Shown here: positions 14,354 through 26,914 of the stretch, in pieces | Position numbering within the stretch: the first letter of the stretch is position 1 | Layout of the letters: each line of letters starts with the position of its first letter | Translations under genes and position numbers: made by a program | Notes under the pieces: model-generated | Told to the model about the DNA's origin: nothing | Seen by the model: only the letters and a program-made list of their open reading frames with translations | Databases searched by the model: none | NCBI GenBank assembly: GCA_951406725.2 | Contig: OX597819.1 | Span: 10,850,001-10,914,000, forward strand | Reading direction: 5' to 3' | DNA: 64,000 bases | Origin: Octopus vulgaris | Taxonomy: Eukaryota

Positions 14354-14600
14354 ATTGGGCTGGCAACTAAGTTTCCGCGTTTTTTTTTAATTTTGGAATT
14401 TATTGCGTTTTTAAATTTTGGAATCTATTTTGGTTTTTTTTCTAGTTAATTTTAGTTAATTTTTGTTTATTTTCAGATCATTAAAATGGAATGTCAAGTT
14501 AAGAAAAACGAGCATTTTCGACACCACCTTCTTTTTGCTTTTAATCAAGGTTCTAAGGCTGCAAAAGCTGCTCACGACATTTGTGCTGTGTATGGAGAAA
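14354..14600 (+). mobile_element. Mariner 5' end with N-terminal transposase fragment
   Basis: TA|TTGGGCTGGCAACTAAG TIR; ATG at 14486 gives MECQVKKNEHFRHHLLFAFNQGSKAAKAAHDICAVYGE (mariner HTH). Confidence 0.75.
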
Positions 14601-14607
14601 TTTTTCC

Positions 14608-14807
14608 ACAAGGGCAGCAATTTTGGGGGAGGGGATGAGTTGATTACATCAACCCCAGTGTTCAACTGGTACTTATTTTATCAACCCTGAAAGAATGAAA
14701 AGCAAAGTCGACCTCGGTGGAATTTGAACTGAGAATGTAAAGATGAACGAAACACCGCTAAGTATTTTGCCTGGCATACTACCAATTCTGCCAGCTCACC
14801 ACCTTAA

Positions 14808-14838
<31 letters not shown>

Positions 14839-15290
14839 TATAATTACTATTATTAAGGTGATGAGCTAGTAGAACTGATAGCATGCTGGATAAAATACTT
14901 AGTGATATTTCTTCCAGTTTTATGTTTTTAGTTCAAATGTAGCCAAGGTTAACTTTGTTTTCATCGTTTTGGGGTAAATAGAATAAGTACCAGTTGAGTA
15001 CTGGGGTTGATGTAAATGACTAACCCCCTCCCAAAAAAATTTCAGGCCTTATGCCTGTAGAGGAAAGGACTATTATAATTATTATTAAGGTGCCAAGTAG
15101 GCAGAATTATTAACACGCTGGATAAAATTGCTTAGCAGCATTTCTTCTGGTTTTACGTTCTGAGTTCAAATTCCACTGAGGTCAGCTATGCCTTTCATCC
15201 GTTTGAGGTTGACTGGCAGTCAATATAATCAACCATCCCTTTCACCCAAAATTTCAGGCTTTGTTCCTGTAGCAGAAAGAATTAGTATCA
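14608..15290. mobile_element. Three SINE-B copies (14608-14805 minus; 14855-15070 and 15086-15290 plus) around (AAT)n
   Basis: AAGG(C/T)GG(C/T)GAGCTGGCAGAA head, GAGTTCAAATTCC B box, GACTTTGCCTTTCATCC...GATAAAATAAGTACCAG body. Confidence 0.8.
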
Positions 15291-15591
15291 TTGTCCTTTT
15301 CAGATTTTATAGTAATGGATGGCAGAATAAAGTAACAAAAGCATGCCTTACAGTATTAAGTCATGCCCCTTTATTATTTTCAGTGACTCTTGTACTCCAT
15401 CAAGTACTGGTGAAATTTAAATCTATAGGCTTAGTACACCAACTATACTAGCAATTCACTTATAAGTTTTCTTGCAGCACTGATCCTTGAGTATTTTCCT
15501 GCTTTTAAGCTTTAAAATACCACTCAATGTTCTTTCATGTAAAACCTAATAACTCTCTAGCAATTCAGAGACCTTACTGTAACAGACTATG

Positions 15592-15631
15592 CTTTACTGA
15601 TGAGATCTAAAAAGATTGGAACATGTCCAAG
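15592..15631 (+). ncRNA. Degenerate minimal hammerhead ribozyme motif
   Basis: CTGATGA-GATCT-AAAA-AGATT-GGAAC-AT-GTC-CAAG; GAAA is mutated to GGAA and stem I is imperfect. Confidence 0.45.
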
Positions 15632-17072
15632 ATTGCTGCAGAAGTGCTAAAGGCAATTTAATTTTAATTTGTTAAAGTCTTATTATTATCCTCTCTGCCT
15701 TTTTTGAACAAAGCTACTCATGTAAATAATGACATCTCTCATCACGAAGAGTTTAAATGTAATTAATTAAATTTTCTTGATTTATTACATGAAGTATGCT
15801 AGCACCCATTCAAAAATAATAACCTCTTTTTTTTTTATGATTCCATCAAAGGTAGAAGAGCAGCACCCATGACTTCTTCAGGTTCCCAAAGACTAGTAAG
15901 AGGAATGGTTGGATGAGAAAATGACTCACAGCAGATCTCTCCAAAATGCTTACAACAAATTGACTTCTCTAAAGACACTAACGACTAGATTGCACTGTTA
16001 AATTGGGTGATGCATTAAAGTGCCTACAAAACATATTCAACATGTGCCTGAGGCAAAACTAGAAAGAAAAAAAGTTCAAATTTTTATGCTCAAAGCTGAC
16101 CAATATGCTGTCTTTGTCATAATTCTTTATATTAGATACATAGGGAAGTCAAAGCATGAAAACTCAAATCAAAAACTTAAGAGCACTTATGAAAATCTAG
16201 ACAGAATTTTATCTAAACGAAGTATGTTTTTATATTTTTTGTTTATATTTTAATATAAAAACAACTACTTAAAGCTGTTATTCTTTTAGAGTAAGTGCAG
16301 AAAACAATAACAAAAATACAAAAATAAATTTAAAAATTTGATAAGCAACATTATATTTTTCATATGACTAAACAGATAACTGAAAGAAAATAATCTCATT
16401 TAAATAACAAAGTTGATGGAAGTATTATGTGCTAAATAGTACATTAATTGTCCATGAAATGAGAACACATCCATAAAAATCCAAAATGAAGTAAGACTAC
16501 ACCATGTTTTGTTCTTATCACAAAGGCATTGTTTATTGTAACTATTATTTTTTTTTAATTAAACACTGGCTAAATTTAACACTCAATTTTCAGTCTATGC
16601 ACTTACTTTCAATCAAAATAAATAAATAATAATTAATTTTGTTCAGTTTTGTTTCTTGCTCAGAGAAATGAATGAATTTGCAAGTTTCAAAATTTGTCAA
16701 GTGAAATTAGAAAAAGTAAAAAAAAATATAAACAAGAAAATGCTTTAAGATATGAAACATTAGTTAAAAATTCATAATTCTTTTGAAAAGAAAAATACAA
16801 ACTATATTACCATTTTAAATGCCTCCTCTCCTATCCCAGAATATTCATGTTATCACCCAATTTTTCGTCTCAAAATCTGCATCTGGAACTCATTTTCTGA
16901 CCCATCCCTTCAACTTAAAATTCTAAACAGTCTAAAGCAAGCATTAACTACACTAATAAAATGAATATTACTCATATCATACGGCCTTGAAGGGTTCAAA
17001 ATAACTATTACCAATGTATTTCCCAATGGAATAAATATAATCAAATAATGCAAATGAGGAATAGGCACAGGC

Positions 17073-17259
17073 ATGGCTGTAGGTCTTCCTGGGAGTGGCA
17101 CTTCTTCACACAGCTCTCCTTGTCCATCTGTACAGCACATGACCATACCAACGCAAATATCTCTCTTGCACTCTACATCCGATGCTTCTTATGTTTACCA
17201 TTTCTCTCAGGGCACTTACACTCTGTCGTGTGTGCACACTGACATTACACATCCAGTGG

Positions 17260-17262
<3 letters not shown>
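17073..17262 (-). mobile_element. RTE ORF 3' fragment
   Basis: [45 protein letters not shown], an RTE C-terminal LRWYGHV motif. Confidence 0.75.
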
Positions 17263-17306
<44 letters not shown>

Positions 17307-17724
17307 ACATACATATACATACATATGTATACATACATATACATACATACATATACATATGAATGTATACATATACATATATACATATACATATATATAT
17401 ATATACATACATATGTATACATACATATACATATGAATGTATACATAAACATACATACATATGATGATGATATATATATATACATATATATAATATATAC
17501 ATATACACACACACACATATATATATACAAACATATATATATATACACATACATTTATACATATGCATGCATACATACATATATATATACACATACATTT
17601 ATATATATGCATACATACATATATATATCTATACATATATATACATATATCTATACATACATATATATATAGGTACGTATATGTACATATATATACAATT
17701 ATACACACACATTTATATATACAT
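17263..17724. repeat. (TA)n/(TACA)n compound microsatellite
   Basis: Seen directly. Confidence 0.95.
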
Positions 17725-17754
17725 CTGAGTTGATAGTACCTTGGTAGATAAAGC

Positions 17755-19295
17755 AATTAAGGGTATGAAGCCCCCGGCCCATCAGGAATCACTACAGAGA
17801 TGCTCAAAATATCTAGTAGTGTCGGCTATAGCCTAGTCACCCATATAGTTAACCAGGTGATACACGAAAGAGTCATACCCAATGAATGGTAAAGCAGCAC
17901 TATAGTCAACTGCTACAAAGGTAAAGGTGATGCTTTAGATACAAATAATTACAGAGGTATCAAGTTGTTGGATCAGGTAATGAAAGTCACGGAGAGGGTC
18001 ATAGCCCAACTAATTAGGGAGAGACACAGTTTAGATGAGATGCTATATTTCTGGTAAGACAGATGTAGAAGAAATACCTAGCCAAAGATAAATCTCTGTA
18101 CCTGGCTTTTGTTGACATAGAGAAAGCCTTTGACAGGGTCCCCCAATCCCTTATCTGGTGGTCAATGAGGAAACTTGGGATAGATGAATGGTTAGTGAGA
18201 GCTGTGCAAACCATGTACAGGGACGCTATCAGTAAGGTGAGGGCTGGCAATGAGTACAGTGAAGATTTCCGAGTAGAGGTAGGGGTCCACCAATGTTCAG
18301 TCCTTAGCCCCCTCCTATTTATCATAGACCTCCAGGCAATAACAGAGGAATTCAAAACAGGATGCCCTTGGGAGCTCCTCTATGCTGACGACCTTGCTCT
18401 AATTGCTGAGTCACTATCAGAACTCGAGAAGTTTCAGGTGTAGAAACAAGGATTAGAATCGAATGGTCTTAGAGTCAACCTAGCTAAAACCAAAGTCCTA
18501 ATAAGTAGGAAGGCAGACAAACCACAAATCCCTTCAGGTAGTTGGTTCTGCTTGATCTATAGAAAAGGCGTAGGTAGAAACTCTATGAGATATACCCAGT
18601 GTAAGCTATGGACAAATAAGAGGTGCAGCAATATCAAAGGAAGGATAACTGGGAAGATAGTTTTTATATGTGGCAGATGCTCAGGAGCAATAAACACTGA
18701 AAATGTGCAGAGAACAACTTCCGCCACATTCCAGGGAGAAAAACTAGAAGTAGTTGATAGCTTCCGTTACCTAGGTGACCAAGTCAGTAGCGGGGGAGGG
18801 TGCGCTGAAAGTGTAGCTGCTAGAATAAGAAGTGGTGAAGCATGACCTTCAAACATTAGGCCTAACCGAGGCAATGACTAGTGACCGAGACTTTTGGAAA
18901 TATGATGTGCTTGAGAAGACCCGGCAAGCCAAATGAGTTCATAACCTCGTGGCCTATGCCAGGGGTGTAAACAGGCCACTTATGCATACCTTTCCTTCAT
19001 TGGACACTAAACTCTGCTTGCGAAGACCAGTTGAGGCAACTGAAATCAAAATCGAAATCAAATTTGATGACAGCACTGCATGACTGGCATCCGTGCTGAG
19101 CGTGATCGTTGCCAGAGAAGCTGACTGCCTTCCGTGCCAGTGGTATGTAAAAAGCACCATTCAAGCATGATCGTTACCAGAGTTGCCTTACTGGCATTTG
19201 TGCCAAATATTCAAACCAGGTCGTTGCCAGTGCTGCTGGACTGGCTCCTGTGCAGGTGGCATGTAAAAAACACAATTTGAGTGTGGCCGTTGCCA
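17755..19295 (+). pseudogene. RTE-clade LINE: reverse transcriptase, internal deletion, C-terminus and minisatellite 3'UTR
   Basis: APGPSGIT, YKGKGDA...NYRGIKLL, AFVDIEKAFDRVP, GVHQCSVLSPLLF, LLYADDLAL, Cys-rich insert, FRYLGD; stops and frameshifts; jumps at about 18835 to the terminal VVKHDLQTLGL...EKTRQAK*. Confidence 0.92.
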
Positions 19296-20575
19296 GTAGC
19301 ACCTGACAGCGCCAATCTGATCTGGCAATATTTCTACAGCTGGATGCCCTTCCTAATGCCAACCACTCCAAGAGTGTAATGGGTGCTTTTTACATGCCAC
19401 CGGCACAGGATCCAGTCAGGGAGCCTAGCATCGATCACAATCAGATAGTGCTTTTTACGTGCTACCAGTATGGGAACCAGTCAGAGGGTACTGGCATCGA
19501 TCGTGTTTGCACGTTGCTTTTTATGTGTCACCGGCACGGGAACCAGTCAGGTGGACCTGACATCCGCCACATTTAGATCATGCTTTTTACCACGAGACCC
19601 AGTCATGGGACACTGGCATTGACCACATTCGGATGATGCATTTTATGTGCCACCAGAATCGGAGCCAGTCAGAGAGTACTGGCTACAGCTGCAATTTTGG
19701 TTTCACTTGACTCAACAGGTCTTCTTAAGCATATCATATCACCTGATGCATCAAGGGTAGCTGGACATGCAACACTGGCACCAGCCATGGCTGCGATCTC
19801 ACTTTAGTTGCTGGGTCTTCTCAATCACAGCATATCTCCAAAGGTCTCGGTCTCCTATCACTGCCTCTGTGAGACCCTATGTTCAAAGGTCATGCTTCAC
19901 CATCTCATTCCACGTTTCCCTAAGTCTACCTCTTCCACAGATTCCTTCCACTGTTAGGGAGTGGTACTTTCTCACACAGCTGTCCACATCCATACGTAAC
20001 ACATGATCATACCAGCGCAGTCGTCTCTCTTGTACACCACATTTAATGTTTCTTATGTCCAACTTTTCTCTCAGGGCGCTTACACTTTGTCATGTCTGCA
20101 CACTGGCATTACACATCCAGCGGATCATACTTGCTTCATTTCTTTCAAGCCTATGCATGTCCTCAGCAGTCATGGCCCATGTTTCACTGCCGTGTAGCAT
20201 GGCAGTTCGCACACATGCAGCATACAGTCTACCTTTCATCCTGAGTGAGAGGCTCTTAGTTGCCAGCAGAGGTAGGAGCTCCCCGAACTTTGCCAGGATA
20301 TTCTTATTCTAGCCGCTACACTTTCAGAGCAACCACCCAAACTACTGAATTGGTCGCCTAGGTTGTGGAAGCTATTAAGTACTTCTAGTTTTTCCCCCGG
20401 CGTGTGATGAAATCTATTTCTGTACATCTTCAGTGTTTATTGTACATCTGCCACACACAAAAACTATCTTCCCGGTTAACCTTCCTTTGATATTGCTGCA
20501 CATTTTATGTGTCCACGGCTTACACCAGGTACATCATATGGCGTTTCTACCCACGTCTTTTCTATAGATTGAGCA
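19296..20575 (-). pseudogene. RTE LINE 3' portion in opposite orientation
   Basis: GEKLEVLNSFHNLGDQFSSLGGCSESVAARIRI, C-terminal region and the same minisatellite 3'UTR. Confidence 0.88.
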
Positions 20576-20829
20576 ATAGCTTATAAAAAAATATTTCCAT
20601 TGAAAATAAAATGAAGTTTGCATGTTGTTGTTTATCTCCAAGTCAGCTGTGAGTGAGCAGACCTATGATTAAAGGCACTGCTGCCATGGTCAACCCATTG
20701 TTTTGCAATGTGCAAGGAACTTAGGACTACATAATCCAACACAGCCTTTTCTAAGATGGTAGGATGTAATTTTAAAGGAGTTTTGGCATCTATTTGTAGC
20801 AAGTTGAGCTGCTAATACTACTGCTTGTC

Positions 20830-21540
20830 CTCAGCTCTTTATGCTCTGAGTTCACATGTTGCCAAGATTGACTTTGCTTTTCATCTTTTCAGGGTTGCAC
20901 TGGGGTCAACGTAATTGACCTACCTCTACCATCAAAATTGCTGGCCTTGTGACAAATTTAGAAAAAAATTATTATACTGACAGAATCTATAAAACAACAG
21001 ATGAATTGCTTTGTGGTAGTTAGTTACAAATACAATGTTCATTCAAAGTTCAAAACCTGCTAACTTTACCTCTTTCATCCTACTAGATGTAGAGTTAAGA
21101 GAGCAGTTGATAAAATACTGGAAGCAATCAGCTGTAGGCTTCCCATCACACTTGAGTCAAAGTTAGGAATAATCATTACTTTTGAGGCAAATGAGGGTTA
21201 AAGTATCAGCAGAATCATTCGCACACTGCACAAAATGCCTTGCAGTATTTATGTTGAGCATTTTTTTTTTGGCAGAGTTCTAATCCTGGCATGGTCAGTT
21301 TTGCCTTTTATCCTTTCTCGGTCTATAAAATAAAGTGCCAGTTAAATAAAGGCTCCCTAAAATCAACTGTCCCTTAACAGCATTTCATCCATCTTTGTTC
21401 TGACTTCAAATTCCATTGAGGTCCACTTTGTCTTTCATCCTTCAAGGGTTGATAAAATAAGTACCAGTCGAATACTGGGGTAATCCCCTAAAATTGATGG
21501 CCTTGTACCAAAATTATTATTATTATTATTATCATTATTA
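20830..21540 (+). mobile_element. Several decayed SINE-B fragments
   Basis: Repeated TTTGCCTTTCATC...GATAAAATAAGTACCAG motifs ending in (ATT)n. Confidence 0.65.
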
Positions 21541-22399
21541 TTGCCTCAGGGCACAGAGTTCTTGATTGAAGTTATTTCACTAGCCCTACCATTCTGTCGA
21601 GTGTACACTAAACTAATGATGTCTTGAACAGTAACTGACATATCCAAGTTCTGTACATATTTACACGTTATGATTTGTAATGCAATTAGTTATTTCTTTC
21701 AAGGACATCATAAATATCAAAAATCTATTTTCAGGGTGCTGGATACAATGGGGAAAGAGTAAATCTGATATTAAAAACACCTATTTCTTACTCTCTAAAC
21801 TTTTAACACTGAGCTGCTATTGCTATAGACTTTATTTATCATTTAAGAAAACAAGAAACAGCAATTAAAAAAAAAATTCTATTGGGTCTTATACATACAT
21901 ATAAAAAGTGAGAGCAAAAAACAAAATCTCTAAATGCAATTTTTTTTATTTCGCTTTGAATGTCTTTACAATTACATTTTGTAAAAGAAATAAACAGAAT
22001 AATCACATATATTTAAAATAATTCATGCAATATAAATAAAAGAGGTGGCCAAAGGAAGCAGTTATAATTTTAGAAATAAAATTCAATTCATTCTCGGTAT
22101 TTTACAGAACAATAATAGCTAATATTTTCAACTGATTTTCTTAGGAGGAAAATTCCCTGAGTGGAATAGATAGCAATTTCACAACTTCTATAAGTGCTTC
22201 AATAGGGTAAAATCATTACAAACTCCAAGACAATGCAAGTGAATCAGTAAAGAATTCTAGTGCAATGAAGAACTCTAAACAATAATAAAGACAATCTTAA
22301 GGGAAGAGAAAAATATTCAATTGAGAAGAGAATAACAGAAAATTTCAACGTTGGAATAAAATATAAGAGACAGAGGTGAGGGAGAAGAGGAAGAAATTT

Positions 22400-22625
22400 G
22401 GAGCCAGAAGCTGAATATCGATTTTTCGCACGTACAACTCTTGTTACATAGTAAAGGCGGTTATTGGTACGAATTTTGTTTATGGAAACGACCATATGCT
22501 GCCTGGCCACGACTCTGCGGGTTTATTTGAAGGCGGGAATATCGAAGCGGTGGCGACGGAGTGTTTAAAATAGGGGTGGTCGGGGCGTGGATTGCGTGTC
22601 AATTCTGCAGGCACACCACCGATAA
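22400..22625. promoter_or_regulatory. CpG-rich putative promoter (E2F/CHR/GC-box motifs)
   Basis: Non-repeat CpG cluster containing TTTGAAGGCGGGAA (CHR-like plus E2F), TTTAAA, GGGGTGG and GGGGCGTGG (KLF/Sp). Confidence 0.45.
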
Positions 22626-24176
22626 TGAAGATATCTGTTAGTTTCTCTTACATTTCGCTATTAACTGGACTAGAAAACCATTCGAAAACAAACTTATATT
22701 GCATTATTTTACCTTGCTTTTTTCTTCCTTTATTACTTACGGACTTCTAAATTTAATAGTAGAATAGCTTCAATAATTAATTAGAAGGAAACGACTTTTT
22801 GCAACAAGTATCATGCTGGAGATTTATTGGGAATTTTATATATGAAAAGAAATTGGCACCTGCATTTAAAAGATAGATTTAAACTTTGGTAATGAATGCC
22901 AATGACGTGGAATTATGAAACAGAAAATAGATGTGACAAATGATAGAGACCATTTAAGTTAATTAGAAAAATTGTTTATTTTCAAGGTATTTTGGGTTTT
23001 TTTTCTCAAGCGAATTGTATAAGAAGTGGTTGAAACTATTCGAAATTTTCAAAATATATGTACAAAAATCCCTATTTTCATCATAAAACTAAGAAAAAAA
23101 TCTCCCATATAGAAAATGTATAAGGAAATATAGCCTGTAATGATAAAAATGGTAATTAAAAAGCAGCTGGTGAAAAGTATTCAGCAAGCCTAACAACGAT
23201 AGAGAGGCAGAGTGTTGATGAAACTGTAGATGGCTGGGTTGGGGTGAATATAAATAGGAAAAAGACGGTAAATATAGGTCGGCATTAGGAAAGATTGTAC
23301 GCGCTGGTGTCACTCAGAATACATATGTGTACATCTCACACAAATAATACTCATTTGACATAATTATTAAAAGTGAGCAAAGCAAATTAACTGAGGGGTG
23401 GAAGAGCTGTTTTTTTTGCTTTATCTTCCTGGTATTTGTTTGCAGTTTGCCAAAATTTTATAAACGAGCTCGAACTATTAAATAAAAAGAATGACTAGTG
23501 TAATGCGTGAAAGAAGTCAGCGTTATCTCAAGTGTCAATTTCGTAAGAGAATCCGCGAAGACACTGGTTATTCTTATAAAGTGTTACAGAAACCTTGTTA
23601 CAAGCAGTTACAAACACTCCAGCACACTGTATAAGAATTCACATTTACAACACATTTAACAAATAGCAAGACATACAATGCGATGCGTTAATCCGAATTG
23701 TCAAAATAGTTTATTTTAAGCCTTTCGTATACAAAACAACCGATAATACTGTAGAATAAAGAATATTTCAGAATGTATAAAGAATTGTGTTTATAGATCA
23801 TTCCATGTATATATATAAATATATAATTTATATATATTTATACACACACACACTTTAGTATTATAGAAGTAATGATAAAGTTAATGAAAAACAAGTGGTG
23901 ATAATTGAATAGTTTGTTGTTAGTTACGATTTTTTTACGAAACAAAATTAATTTTGGGCAAAACTATTTCATTACTATTATTTTGTATTACTTTTTTTCT
24001 ATTTCGTCTCCGTGACCGACGAATTAGTTTCGCTTATGGAAACAAATGTAGCAGAGTAATACAAGCAAAGGTATTTCATTCTAAAATCGCTACTTACAAA
24101 AGCAGTACAACGTTAGTACGTAGTTACAAACACTTATACACGCAAATATGCGTGCATATTAGTATGTTGTTGGTGA

Positions 24177-24221
<45 letters not shown>

Positions 24222-24239
24222 CTATGTATACACACACAC

Positions 24240-24272
<33 letters not shown>

Positions 24273-24389
24273 CAGAGAGATAGACAGATAGATAGATAGA
24301 TAGATAGATAGACAGATATATAGATAGACAGATATATAGATAGATATATAGATAGACAGACAGATATATAGATAGACAGACAGACAGAC

Positions 24390-24436
<47 letters not shown>

Positions 24437-24438
24437 CA
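24240..24438. repeat. (GATA)n/(GACA)n microsatellite
   Basis: Seen directly; preceded by (TA)n. Confidence 0.95.
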
Positions 24439-25099
24439 GGTGCGTGTGAGTGTATATAAAATATAGATAATTGACAGTTGTAATTAAAGGCAATATACAT
24501 GCCAATTCGGAAGAGAATAAACTGAACAGCATCGTAGAACTCCGTCTATGTGTATATACATTATCTATACATGATATAGACATCTGCACATACCTCCACC
24601 CATATGTGTGACTTGGAATTACGTACAGTTATGTTTATATCTGTACACAAAAGAATTCGGTCGTGAAAAACGTAACCACATACATTAGTACTGGCTGGAA
24701 GTCGGGGAAAAAGAAAACAACTGGTGTGTAGTTCGAGTAATATCGAAGTATTCGGTCAGCCGATTAACCAATAATAATAAACAGTGTGAAGCGAAAAGGC
24801 AAGATACTCACGTCTGCAACGTAGAATCAGTGAACATAAATGCCATCCATGGATATCAATGCATCGGTCGCCATCACAGTTATGAGGGGAGGTAACTCTC
24901 ATTTACAATGCCGGTTGAATGCAAATGCACTGCTGTGCAATTACTATTGACACACTGTTATAGGTTATTATTGATCACTGGGAGGGCGTTGACTTGACAG
25001 AAAGATTGTGTCATCACTCCACATTTCAAGTTCAAGCCCTACTCGTTTCAACTTTACTTTTTCACCACATTCTAACTTGCGGCTTCGATAAAATATATT

Positions 25100-25280
25100 T
25101 CTTTACTACCCACAGAGAGGACAGACAAAGCGATTAAGTCGATTCCATCGACCCCAGTGCATAACTGGTACTTAATTTTGTCGACCCCGAAAGGATGAAA
25201 GGCAAAGTCAACCTCGGCGGAATTTGAACTCAGAACGTAACGGCAGACGAAATATGGCTTCGCATTTCGCCCGGCGTGCT
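25100..25280 (-). mobile_element. SINE-B
   Basis: Reverse complement of GGCGAGCTGGCAGAAACGGTAGCACGCCGGGCG... Confidence 0.85.
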
Positions 25281-25662
25281 ACCGTTTCTGCCAGCTCGCC
25301 AAAATAGATACTAGTAATAATGCATGGGTTGAGTCTGTTGACTATATCTCTTCTAGGAAAATTGGCCTTGTGCCTAAAGTAGAAATCAGTATAATCAGAG
25401 ATCGAACGGGTGAACAATATGTTTCCACTTACAAAAATGTTTGGATGTTTGTCAATTAGTACCAGTAAAATACTAAGATTAAAATCCACTCATTCCTTCA
25501 TTCCTCCCTCACAAAATATGCACATGTTCTACTTCAAAAGAAATTAATCTTATCGATCTCTTAGCTTAACTGACTGAAAAGAAGAGAACACTAATAAAAT
25601 CACATTTGATTTTCAATATATTACAACCAGGGTTATACAGAAAAAAGTTCTACTGAGAAACG

Positions 25663-25846
25663 GGTGGCACGTAAAAAGCACCCACTACACTCACGGAGTG
25701 GTTGGCATTAGGAAGGGCATCCAGCTGTAGAAACATTGCCAGATAAGACTGGAGCCTGGTGCAGCCTTCTGGCTTCCCAGATCCCCGGTCGAACTGTCCA
25801 ACCCATGCTGGCATGGAGAACGGACGTTAAACGATGATGATGATGA
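25663..25846 (+). mobile_element. RTE 3' end fragment
   Basis: Same tail family as 3257-3513, with a (GAT)n end. Confidence 0.85.
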
Positions 25847-26234
25847 TTCTAGACAAAAAATATAAAATCAAGTTATGAAACTAAAACCAAATTAGAAATA
25901 TATTGAATAATAAGGGAAAAAGACTCATCTGGTTTAAAGTTGTTTCTGATGATCTTTTAAAAATATAAGAAAACAAATGGTGATGCTTAGGCTTTATTTA
26001 TTCATATTGAGTATAAATGGTTATGAAACCCAATTATATTTCACTTACTCAAAGATCAAAACTTCATTTCTAAAAGTTTGAGTTTCAGCTAAAATTGTTG
26101 TAATTAGATATTTAAATCTTTCCTTGACAGGTTGCTAGTCAACTGCAAGTAATTTTTACAGACGATTTGGTACCTATTTTCAAGAGTTTGGTAAACTGCT
26201 CATCAAAATGCCTTCTCATAACCCATGAACCAGT

Positions 26235-26446
26235 TACTCTTTACTCTTTTACTCTTTTACTTGTTTCAGTCATTTGACTGCGGCCATGCTGGAGCAACTC
26301 GACCCCGGGACTTATTCTTTTGTAAGCCCAGTACTTATTCTATCGGTCTCTTGTGCCGAACCGCTAAGTAACGGGGACATAAACACACCAGCATCGGTTG
26401 TCAAGCAATGCTAGGGGGGACAAACACAGACACACAAACACACACA

Positions 26447-26492
<46 letters not shown>

Positions 26493-26659
26493 TACGACGG
26501 GCTTCTTTCAGTTTCCGTCTACCAAATCCACTCACAAGGCTTTATTCGGCCCGAGGCTATAGTAGTAGACACTTGCCCAAGGTGCCACACACTGGGACTG
26601 AACCCGGAACCATGTGGTTGGTAAACAAGCTACTTACCACACAGCCACTCCTGCACCTA
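26235..26659 (-). mobile_element. SINE-A
   Basis: Full-length copy. Confidence 0.9.
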
Positions 26660-26914
26660 TATACTCCTTCAGTTAATATATTTTTACTAAACCCTAAGCA
26701 GATTTTTAAGGCCACCTACCTGACAACTTTGATTAGATGTGGGATAGTCCTTCCCAGAGAGAATATAAATGTAACACAGGTTGATTTGGCTCCTATTATT
26801 AACACTTTAAAAAAATAGTGTTCTGACCATTCTCATAGCAAAACTTGTGCATCAAAACCTTACCCACTTAACCTTTCACCTCATTTCATTTTTCTTTTGC
26901 TTTTATCTTTTGTA

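Noticed and set aside
15835-15985. Protein-like minus-strand stretch ...FSHPTIPLTSLWEPEEVMGAALLPLMES*
   Set aside because: Short, with no good acceptor and no recognised family.
17073-17756. Long ORFs of 199 and 216 aa, and similar YI/HT/LL-rich ORFs across the window
   Set aside because: They are translations of stop-free microsatellites and SINE bodies.
26006-26040. Hammerhead-like CTGATGA near 25946 and other isolated CTGANGA hits (29277, 32075, 36242, 55309)
   Set aside because: They lack a properly placed GAAA, stem III and stem I.
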